Origin: Thraustochytrium aureum
Taxonomy: Eukaryota
Assembly (NCBI GenBank): GCA_012862495.1
Contig: BLSG01000370.1
Span: 34,893 to 98,892, forward strand
DNA length: 64,000 nucleotides
Reading direction: 5' to 3'
Shown piece after piece: positions 37,109-46,805 of the stretch (the first letter of the stretch is position 1; every line of letters begins with the position of its first letter). The position numbers were made by a program, and so were the translations under genes. Below the pieces are notes generated by a model. The model did no database searches. It was not told the origin of the DNA and was given only the letters and a program-made list of their open reading frames with translations.

Positions 37109-39775
37109 TCACTTGCGCCTCGATCCGTGCGAGTGGCCGTGGCCGCCGCCGCCGCCGTGCGAGTGGCCGTGACCCTCGTGCGAGTCGGCAGCGGCCTGAA
37201 CCGCCGCAGGATTTATCCCAGCACGCAGCATGTTGTTGTTGCGCTCGACCTGCTCCGAGTGGCCCTCGAAGAAATAGCTGTAGTAGGCGCGTACGTCCAC
37301 CGCGACCTGGTCCTGGAGTCCGAAAACTCCATCACGTTGGTCAGCGTGCCGCGGTCGAACGGGTTTTGCTTGTTGGCGAGGTACTGGTACCGATAGCGGT
37401 TGATCACTTCGTTGGTGGTGATGTTGCGCTTGATGAAGAGCATGTGCTGCCCGACCATGAGCATCGAGTAGAGCGCGATGGGGAAGTAGAGCCAAGCAAA
37501 CATCTCCCACCACAAGAGCTGCCAAAAGTTGCTCCAAAACCCCTGCGCCTTGTTGTACGAGAGCGTGTACAAGATGACCAGGTAGATCCAGACCCACATG
37601 CAGATCATCGCGTTAAACATGGCGAAGAAAAACTCGCGGTAGTTGTTGGCCCCCACCGCGACGCCCATAAAGGGGCAAAAGTGGTCGAAGCGCGCGACGC
37701 AAACGTCCGTGAACCGATCGTGCTTGGACCTGAGCGGCTTGACGATTTCGCACGACGTGCAGACCGGAACCAAGAGGCCGTTGTCCAAAACCTCGTGGTA
37801 CAGCTCGCGGTACTTGCGCGCGTCGGCCACGTTCGGGTTGACTCCCGACACGGTCTCGTCGTCGTCCGGGCCGCCGATCATGATGCGCGTCTCGCCTTTT
37901 GCGTCGGCGCTGCCGCCGCCCTTGCCGCCACCGAGGGGGAAACCCGAGTTGCGGAAAACGTACACCCCCGGGTCCTTGACCTGCAGCATGATCCACGCGG
38001 CCCACTCGCCCCAGTAAAACACCCAGAACAGCAGAGTCAGCAAGGTGTGAAAGTTTGTCGCGGGGAACACGACCGTGTAGTACTGCCAAAACCCGATCGG
38101 CGCGAGGACCGGCCAGGCAAACCAGGTCGGGTGCGGCGTGCGCCGGTTGAAGGGGCTCACGTCCGCCTTCTTGGCCGCGCAGGCCTCCAGATAGTCGGCC
38201 ACCTTTTTGTACGCGCGAAACTGGAACGAATCCTTGCCGTACCGCGTTTGCTTTTCGCGCGCCAAGTCGGCCGCGGTGCCGCCTGTCCGGTCCTTTTTGC
38301 CCAGGTGCGGAAGCGAGCCGTGCTTGACTAGCACTGCGGCCATCGAGTTGAGCCCTTGGAGCGCGGCCCAATGGATTGGGAGGCACTGCTCAAAGTCCTC
38401 TGCCGCGACGTCCGCGCCGTGCTCGATCAGCCACTGCGCGCTGAGGTCTTCGCCCTTGTATGCGGCCCAGTGCAGCGGGGTGCGCCCGTTGTTGTCGCGC
38501 ACGTCAATGTTGAGCCCGCGTCGCAGCAAGCAGGCAAGGACGATTGTGCGCCCAAACTGCGCGGCGTGGTGCATCGCCGAGTACCCGCGCGCGTCGGAGG
38601 CCATGCGGTCGCACCCGGAATCGACCAACAGGTGCACGGCGCGCAAGTTGCCATTCAGGGCGGCCCAGTGCAGCGCGACTTCGCCGCGCGGGTTGCGCTG
38701 GTCCAGGTCGACGCGCTTGCGCACNNNNNNNNNNNNNNNNNNNNNNNNNNNNNNNNNNNNNNNNNNNNNNNNNNNNNNNNNNNNNNNNNNNNNNNNNNNN
38801 NNNNNNNNNNNNNNNNNNNNNNNNNNNNNNNNNNNNNNNNNNNNNNNNNNNNNNNNNNNNNNNNNNNNNNNNNNNNNNNNNNNNNNNNNNNNNNNNNNNN
38901 NNNNNNNNNNNNNNNNNNNNNNNNNNNNNNNNNNNNNNNNNNNNNNNNNNNNNNNNNNNNNNNNNNNNNNNNNNNNNNNNNNNNNNNNNNNNNNNNNNNN
39001 NNNNNNNNNNNNNNNNNNNNNNNNNNNNNNNNNNNNNNNNNNNNNNNNNNNNNNNNNNNNNNNNNNNNNNNNNNNNNNNNNNNNNNNNNNNNNNNNNNNN
39101 NNNNNNNNNNNNNNCCGACGCGTTTGGCGACAGCTTGTGGGCCTCGAGGACCTTGTCCAGCAGGTCGGGCTGCCCGGAGCGGATGGCGAACGAATCTCGC
39201 GGTCCCTCACCGCCTCGGGGGACTCGACAGGGCCGCCGCCGCCACCACCAGGCCCGCGCGCGGCGGACAGCTCGAGCTCGTCCGGGACCTCATCGTTCAT
39301 GCGCGCCAGCATCGCCTGCTTCATCAGCTCTTGCTTTTTCTGGAATGCGGCGCGCTCTTCAGGGGTCATTTTCGCGAGCTTTGCAGCGACGTACGCCTGC
39401 ATCTGATTTGCGCGTGCTCGTTCGTCGCTCGAGAGATTCTCGCCTACAAATGCGCCCGGGGTTGCCAGAGCCTTGAGCTCTGTTTCGCCCGCGCTTTCGC
39501 GGCCGCCGCGGCGTGCGGCCGCACCGTCATCCGAGCCTCCTGGGGCAGGGGCTGGCGTGCGCTGAGCGGCCGACGACCCGAAGAAACTCTTGACCATCCT
39601 GCGCCGCGGCCACCGCGCCCGTTAGCGGCCCGGCGACCACGCCCAGCCCACAGACGCCGCCACAGAGCCACTAGCACTAGCAAGCAAACCTCACGTACGA
39701 TATCGGGTCCGGGTTGCCCGACTCCTGCTGGTCGTCGATGCTCACCTTGTCATACTTGATATCCGAGTGCGCCAT
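37109..39775 (-). CDS. Ankyrin-repeat DHHC-family S-acyltransferase (Akr1/ZDHHC17/TIP1 type) with DHFC motif; intron 39599-39698; frameshifts near 39190 and 37320
   Basis: Ankyrin repeats (ALHWAALNG, TPLHWAAYKG, PIHWAALQG); CTSCEIVKPLRSKH..CVARFDHFCPF; TTNE; NPFDRG. First exon MAHSDIK..PIS joins MVKS in frame via a GTACGT..GCTAAC..CAG intron. Confidence 0.92.
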
Positions 39776-39879
39776 CTCCGCCGCGCAGCCCGCCAAATCA
39801 ATGAGTCCGACCACCCCTTGGGCACCGCAACGTCGGCAGCTGCCGCGCCTTTGTTTGCCACGGCGCCTCGAGCTGCGCC

Positions 39880-39995
39880 CGCACGAGCACGAACACGAGC
39901 ACGAACGCACGAACACGAGCACGACCGCACGACCGCACGCACGACCGCACGCACGACCGCACGCACGCACGCCCCACACGCACGCACGCACGCAC
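39880..39995. repeat. Degenerate (GCAC)/(GCACGA) low-complexity repeat
   Basis: gcacgagcacgaacacgagc...cgcacgcacgcacgcac upstream of the acyltransferase. Confidence 0.8.
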
Positions 39996-41055
39996 CGCAG
40001 CCCCGGCAGCCCCTCGCACCGCTCGATCAGTCGATAGGGGTCTGCTGCTCGTCGTTGGTATGCACGCAAGCGCATGTGCATACCTCCTTGAAGCTGGCTC
40101 TGCGATCGAACGAACGCATTCTTCGCTAGCCAGCCAGCCAAGCTGAGCCAGCCGAGCTGAGCCAGCCGAGCTTGCGCCAGCAAGGACGAGGGCAAGTGGA
40201 GAGCGCCCAGGCAGGCCCCGGAGGAGCCGCGGTCGCAGCCGAAGACGTGGCGGATGGCCCGATGTTTGGCTCGAGGCGCCCGCGACGGAGCTGCTGATGA
40301 TCGATTGTACGCGCGTTCTTGAAAGTCGTTGCGCGCAAGCGCTTGGCGAAAGCGACAAAGACAACCTGACGGCGCCTGCGAGCGCCGGGGAGGGCTGTCT
40401 TGCCGGACAGCGGCGCGCACGTTTGGTTGCTTGCCTTTCTAGCTAGTGCCAGCGTCGATTTTCTGCTCTGCTGGCGACCTCTTGTTGATTGATCGAGATC
40501 AAACTCGAAAGCAATGACGATGATGGTTCTTGCCTCCGCGGGCTCGGTGGACGCGCAGCGCGCCCTGCGAGGGCCGCTACGAGGCCCGCGGGGAGGCTTG
40601 CTTTTGCCTGGCGGCGCTGGCGGCGCTGGCGGCATCGAAGAACCATTTGGCCCGGGTTTGTTCTCGACTCGCAGGCCGCTGCCGCCCTCAGGCCAAGCGG
40701 CGGTCTGTGCTGCTTCCGCCACGCCGTCGTTGGTGCCGACTGCCGCGGCCTTCGCGGGCTCGCCAGGGCCATGTAGCCCGGAAACGCCCTGGCCGCGCGG
40801 CCTTCGCGACTTGTCCGTCAAGCAAGGCGAGCAACGAGCTAGTCGCTCGCTGGCTCGGCGCACGTGTGCGCACGTGCCTGCCCTGGGCAGGCAGGGCAGA
40901 GCCTGAACGCGGCGCGCACAGCTGGTCTACGCTCCCGCTCGCGGAGTGCGGCGTGTACCCAGCTTGGTTTTGCGCGCCACGCTGCTCTAGCGGGCTTTCG
41001 GCGCGCACGGAGCTTGGCTGGCGGCGGACGGGGTGCTGCTCTGCGCGGGAACGGG

Positions 41056-43399
41056 ATGGAGATCAAGGTGCGCGAGGTGGGCGCGGCCAACGCCCTCGTG
41101 GAGTGGACGCCGTGGACGTTTGACATCGAGCACAAGTTTCTGTGCTCGAGCTGCACGTTTGAGAATGGCAAGGCGAGCCTGCACTGCGAGATTTGCGGCA
41201 CAGTTCGCGAGCCCGAGTTTGGCCACGGGGATGTCCTGCAGTATCAAGTAAAGTATTTTCGCACGGGACGCTCGCTGGAACCGTGGAAGTACAGCCCCGT
41301 GGTGACAGAGTGCCACGTGAGCCTGAGCAAGCTAGAGCCGGACACGACGTACGAGATCAAGCTCAAGTACCGCGTCCTCAGCGCGCAGTCGCCCAAAGGA
41401 AAGGGCAAGCTTCGGCGCAGGCGCGACAAAACCCCCTCAGAGTGGACCACGTCCCCGGGGGACGCTGACCTTCTCCACGATCTCGAGCGACCACGACGCG
41501 CGCCTCTTGGTCGAGGACCGCATAGACAAGTTTATGCGCGGCGTGCTGGAGCCCTTCGCAGAGGACCCTGCCAAGCCCGACACCGTGATCGACAAGGCGA
41601 CGCGCGTGGGGGAAAGCGTGCTGAGCGCCGCCGGCATGGTAGGCGTGGGGGGCAAGTATGCCATGCTAGCGCGGCAAGTGTACAAAATGCAAAAGTCCGG
41701 CCTCGCGGCGGTGGTGCTGCGCGAAGACATCCAGAAAATGGTGATCGCGCTCACCTCGTACGTGGGCAGCGTGGCGCGCGAGTTTGGCCTCTCGAGCATG
41801 GACATCACGCTCGGGTCGTACTATATGATTTGGGAAGCAAAGCGCGAGCAGCTCTTGTACCCCGACATGGACAAGGCAGACCACGCCGGGAGCAGCGCGA
41901 GCGGCGTGCTGCAGAGCAACGCGGACCTGAGCTTGTTCGATGGAATGGCGCGCTATTTCGGGTTTTGCGAGATTTCATACCGCCCCACCGCGGCGCAGAT
42001 GCAGTGGGTGCTGCACCAGTACCCGTCGCGGCAGAGCGAGTTCCGGCTCTTGGCGTGCCGTTGCCGCTCGGACAAGTTTCGGCCCGCGTTCGCGCTCATG
42101 GCCTCCAGGAAGGAAAACCAGGTCGTGCTGGCCATCCGCGGCACCAAGGAGGCCGACGACCTGATCACCGACTTTGACTGCGAGTACGAGGAGTCCGCCT
42201 TCTCCTTCCACACGGAGGCGCCCGTGAAATACAAGGTGCACACNNNNNNNNNNNNNNNNNNNNNNNNNNNNNNNNNNNNNNNNNNNNNNNNNNNNNNNNN
42301 NNNNNNNNNNNNNNNNNNNNNNNNNNNNNNNNNNNNNNNNNNNNNNNNNNNNNNNNNNNNNNNNNNNNNNNNNNNNNNNNNNNNNNNNNNNNNNNNNNNN
42401 NNNNNNNNNNNNNNNNNNNNNNNNNNNNNNNNNNNNNNNNNNNNNNNNNNNNNATGCGTTGACGAGCGCCTGGCTGAGGCTTGCAAGGGCGAGGACGATC
42501 GGTTCCGCAACCCCAGCATGGAGCGCATCCCCGGGCTCGGACGCCGCGTGCGCGTGCACAACCTCGTGTTCCGCGACGACCTCGTTGCGCGGCTGAGCCT
42601 GTTCAACGCGCGGCTCTTTGCGGCCGACATCAAGCGGCTCAAGCCGACCTGGAAGCCGCTCCTCGAGGAGGACAAGGGGGCGTACAAGAAAAAGGCAAAG
42701 TCGCTCTGGGCCCCAGCGCAGCGCGCGCACCAGCAGGGCTCCAAGCGCTCGGTGGCGACCGGGGCGCAAGCGGAGCCCTCGCCAAAGGGCGAGCAGTCCA
42801 AGAGCATTATGCGGCGCTTTTCCCGCCCGCGCCGAGCCCCAGACGCGGAGGAGGCCATGTTTGACGAAGAGGACATGGAGCTGGACTGCGAGCTCGATGC
42901 CAAGACGCTTGCAGCTCGGCTGCAAGACCCGCCAGAGCGCATGGTGATCGCGGGCCTCGTGCTGCACGTGTACACCTGGCGCGGCACGCAGCACGTCTCT
43001 CTGATCGACTACCGGTACCCGGGCTTGCGGCGCATCGAGCCCTCCGAGACCCTTATCACGGACCACAAGCTCGCGCGCACGCACGACGCCTTCCGGAACG
43101 TGCGGGCGGCGCGCCGCATCGGCGAGGCGCTGAGCCCGCCGCCCTGGCAGAGCGTGGAGGACCACCACGCGCAGGGGCTCTACGTCAACTGCGGCGTGTG
43201 CGACTACTTTGTGGGCTGGCACCTCACGGGCGAATCCGAGGCTGTCGAGATCCGCGCCACGCACCACTGCTACTCGTGCGGCAAGATTGTCTGCGCGCGC
43301 TGCAGCACGTCGCGGACGGCCTTGCCGCACCTCGGCCTCGTCACCGAGGTGCGCGTCTGCGACTCGTGCTACGCGCGCTTGGCGTCGCCGGTCGCGTGA
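41056..43399 (+). CDS. FN3 + RanBP2-type zinc finger + class 3 lipase + FYVE-like domain protein; frameshift near 41450-41500; GxSxG motif presumably in gap
   Basis: CSSCTFEN..CEICGT; YQVKY..LEPDTTYEIKL..SEW; VLAIRGT..DLITD, KVH, DDLVARL, DH; CGVC..HHCYSCGKIVCARCS..VRVCDSCY. Confidence 0.82.
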
Positions 43400-44274
43400 C
43401 CTGCGACAAGCACGCAGGCAGGGCCCCGCCAGAGGCCTGCCGCGAGAGGACCAGCGCAGCTCTCTCTCGAGCGCTCTAGCTAGCTAGAGAGCGAGAGCTC
43501 CCCCATTGAACAACAACATTGTTGCTCTGTGCCTCGTCGGCCGCGAGACGGCCGCGTCCGCCCGCTCCCTGCCTGCCTGCCTGCCTTGCCNNNNNNNNNN
43601 NNNNNNNNNNNNNNNNNNNNNNNNNNNNNNNNNNNNNNNNNNNNNNNNNNNNNNNNNNNNNNNNNNNNNNNNNNNNNNNNNNNNNNNNNNNNNNNNNNNN
43701 NNNNNNNNNNNNNNNNNNNNNNNNNNNNNNNNNNNNNNNNNNNNNNNNNNNNNNNNNNNNNNNNNNNNNNNNNNNNNNNNNNNNNNNNNNNNNNNNNNNN
43801 NNNNNNNNNNNNNNNNNNNNNNNNNNNNNNNNNNNNNNNNNNNNNNNNNNNNNNNNNNNNNNNNNNNNNNNNNNNNNNNNNNNNNNNNNNNNNNNNNNNN
43901 NNNNNNNNNNNNNNNNNNNNNNNNNNNNNNNNNNNNNNNNNNNNNNNNNNNNNNNNNNNNNNNNNNNNNNNNNNNNNNNNNNNNNNNNNNNNNNNNNNNN
44001 NNNNNNNNNNNNNNNNNNNNNNNNNNNNNNNNNNNNNNNNNNNNNNNNNNNNNNNNNNNNNNNNNNNNNNNNNNNNNNNNNNNNNNNNNNNNNNNNNNNN
44101 NNNNNNNNNNNNNNNNNNNNNNNNNNNNNNNNNNNNNNNNNNNNNNNNNNNNNNNNNNNNNNNNNNNNNNNNNNNNNNNNNNNNNNNNNNNNNNNNNNNN
44201 NNNNNNNNNNNNNNNNNNNNNNNNNNNNNNNNNNNNNNNNNNNNNNNNNNNNNNNNNNNNNNNNGGGCTGCCGT

Positions 44275-46320
44275 CTAGGCGCTCGCCTCCTGCTGCGCCT
44301 CTGGCGTCCAGGCAGGCGAAGGCGCGTTGCTCGACGTGTCCCCCGAGGGCGAACCGAGCGCGCCAGCCTCGCCCGGCATGCCGTCGCGCGACCTGCGGGC
44401 AATATCGCGCTTCTTGAAGTACTTTTGCGCGTGGGTCCGCACCTGCACCACGGTGCGCGTCCTGACCACATTGGCTATGGCGGTCCAGTGGCGCGTGCCG
44501 TGCTTTTTCAGCCCGTCGAGAAAGCGCTCGTGCTCGGCGGCCGACCAGCGGCCCGTGTTTTCCGTGCCCGGAACTGCTCCGCTAATCGGACGGCCGTTCG
44601 GGTAGGAGCGCGGCAGGCTCGCGCCTTGGGCGTCCTGGTGGGCTGCAGAAAGGCTGTGGAGCAGCGCTGCGTCCAGCGGCAGGCCGGCCGCCGCAGCAGC
44701 GGCTTCGCTGGCCCCGCCCGCAGCGCCCAGGAGGAGCTGCTGCACGTTTTGGCTCACGAGGCTAGACAGCAGGTGTTGCTGAAGCGCCTCTGTCGCGCTC
44801 GAGGTGCCCTGGGGCTGGGCCGGCGCGAACACGCCGGCGTGCTGGTTGAGCTGGCTCTGCTGCTTGCTGACGAGCCCAAGCGACGCTAACACGCTGTTGT
44901 TGTGGAGCCCCAGCAGGCTGCTCCCCTGCTTGATCGTCTGCGGTTTGTGCCCGAGCGCCGAAAACGGCGCAGCCGCCGCCGCCGCCGCGACGCCGAGGGA
45001 GGAGGAGGAGGCGCTGGAGCTGGAGGGCCCGAGTTTGGGCGACCGCGGCGGGGACACTTGTGGCGAGTTGCAGGACGAGGGCGGCGCAGACGAAGCGGCG
45101 CTCCCGAAAAGCCCGCTCTTGATCAAGTGGCTGGGCAGAATGTGCGCGAGCGGGTTTCCGCCGAGGCCCTGGCTCGCGCCCGCCCCGCGGAGATGCGCGT
45201 TGATCCTGGCGGACTCGAGGTTTAGCATTTCTGCGAGCTGCTTGTTCTTCTCGAGCTGGGCCACCAGGTCGCGCTGCTGCTGCTGGAACTGTTGCAGAAG
45301 CTGAAACTGTTGGAGGAGCTGGTCCGGGGTGACCCCCGTCGCGGCGAGATCGGCGAGGCCCTGCTGGCGCCGGTGCTGCTGGTCCTGGTCGCGGTCCGCT
45401 GTTCGTGCCTGCTGCTGCGCGCGCTCGTTCTGCGCCTGGCGGAGCTGGGCCAGTTGCTGCAGCAGTTGCGAGGTGGGGGCGGAGGCAGGGTGCCCCGCGG
45501 CCTTTGCGTTGCTTTCTGCGCCGGCCCTGGCGCTCGCAGTGGCCTCGCTCTGCTTGGACCGCGCCAAGAGGCGGTCCGACTTGCGCTGGATCGAGTAGAA
45601 GCGGTTCTTCACCGAGAGGTCCGTCCTTCCAGGCAGGAACCGCCGGGCGATAAGCGCCCACTGGTTGCCGATCTCGGCGTGCGCGCGGAAGAGCTGCTCG
45701 TCCTCCTCTGCGGTCCAGTCCGTCTTGCGGACTTGGGGGCACAGGTGGTTGTGCCAGCGGTCGCGGCACTGCTTGCCCGATCGCCGAGGCAGGGCCGCCG
45801 CCACCTTGCTCCAAGCGCGCTCGCCGAGCTGCTCCACCGCAGCGGTGAGCTGGCTGTCCTCCTCCTCGCTCCAGCCGTGTTTGCTATTCTTGACGGACGA
45901 CCCGCTAACCGAGGCGTCGTCGCCGAGCTCCTCGTCCGACTGCTCGCTCTGCGCGGCGCCGGGGCCGTCTTGCGGGCCGCTCGCGTCCTGTGCCGTGTAC
46001 TGCGGCGTTGATGGGGCTGTCGAGGACGAGGATGACATGCTCGACCCAGGCGCAGCGTCAGCCGCCGTCTTGGGGCTCGCGCCGAGGCCCAGCAGCGCCT
46101 CGGCGGTCTGCTTGGCCCTCGGCGTCGACCCTGCCCCTGCAAAGGCCTTCCGTGCCGCCTGCTCCTCGTGCACCCGACCGAGCGGCACGACCTCGTCGGC
46201 CTCCCGCCTCACGCCGGCCTCCACCTGCCTCTTGCTGGGCCCCTCGAGGCCCTTCTCCTCGCGCTGCCTTTTCACGCCGATCATCTTGCGCGGCTCGCCG
46301 GCCTCCATCCGCGCGTGCAT
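44275..46320 (-). CDS. Myb transcription factor: R2R3 repeats, Gln-rich linker, C-terminal SHAQKYF-class Myb
   Basis: WSEEED..W..RSGKQCRDRWHNHL, WTAEED..GNQWALIA..GRTDLSVKNRFY and GRWSAAEHERFLDGL..RTVVQVRTHAQKYF, all in one frame. Confidence 0.92.
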   Translation of the reverse strand: MHARMEAGEPRKMIGVKRQREEKGLEGPSKRQVEAGVRREADEVVPLGRVHEEQAARKAFAGAGSTPRAKQTAEALLGLGASPKTAADAAPGSSMSSSSSTAPSTPQYTAQDASGPQDGPGAAQSEQSDEELGDDASVSGSSVKNSKHGWSEEEDSQLTAAVEQLGERAWSKVAAALPRRSGKQCRDRWHNHLCPQVRKTDWTAEEDEQLFRAHAEIGNQWALIARRFLPGRTDLSVKNRFYSIQRKSDRLLARSKQSEATASARAGAESNAKAAGHPASAPTSQLLQQLAQLRQAQNERAQQQARTADRDQDQQHRRQQGLADLAATGVTPDQLLQQFQLLQQFQQQQRDLVAQLEKNKQLAEMLNLESARINAHLRGAGASQGLGGNPLAHILPSHLIKSGLFGSAASSAPPSSCNSPQVSPPRSPKLGPSSSSASSSSLGVAAAAAAAPFSALGHKPQTIKQGSSLLGLHNNSVLASLGLVSKQQSQLNQHAGVFAPAQPQGTSSATEALQQHLLSSLVSQNVQQLLLGAAGGASEAAAAAAGLPLDAALLHSLSAAHQDAQGASLPRSYPNGRPISGAVPGTENTGRWSAAEHERFLDGLKKHGTRHWTAIANVVRTRTVVQVRTHAQKYFKKRDIARRSRDGMPGEAGALGSPSGDTSSNAPSPAWTPEAQQEASA

Positions 46321-46700
46321 CCACCNNNNNNNNNNNNNNNNNNNNNNNNNNNNNNNNNNNNNNNNNNNNNNNNNNNNNNNNNNNNNNNNNNNNNNNNNNN
46401 NNNNNNNNNNNNNNNNNNNNNNNNNNNNNNNNNNNNNNNNNNNNNNNNNNNNNNNNNNNNNNNNNNNNNNNNNNNNNNNNNNNNNNNNNNNNNNNNNNNN
46501 NNNNNNNNNNNNNNNNCGCACGTACGTCCAAGCAAGGGCCCAAGACTCCAAGCCCAAGCCCAAACAACCAACCCCGCCGAAGCGAACCCACCTCCACCGC
46601 GTCCGCTCGTCGCTCAACAAAACGCGTCGACCCGCTGCACAAGAACGCTCAACCGCGCAGCGCGCCCGACTGCTCCCAGAGACCAAACCAAACCAATCGA

Positions 46701-46731
<31 letters not shown>

Positions 46732-46805
46732 CCTGGCGGCCTCTGCCTCCTTCGCCCGCTGCCCTGCTCTTCGCTCCCTGCCTGCCTGCCTGCCTGCCTG
46801 CCTGC
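46701..46805. repeat. Two (CCTG)n microsatellite tracts
   Basis: cctgcctgcctgcctgcctgcctgcctg at ~46701 and ~46777. Confidence 0.9.
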
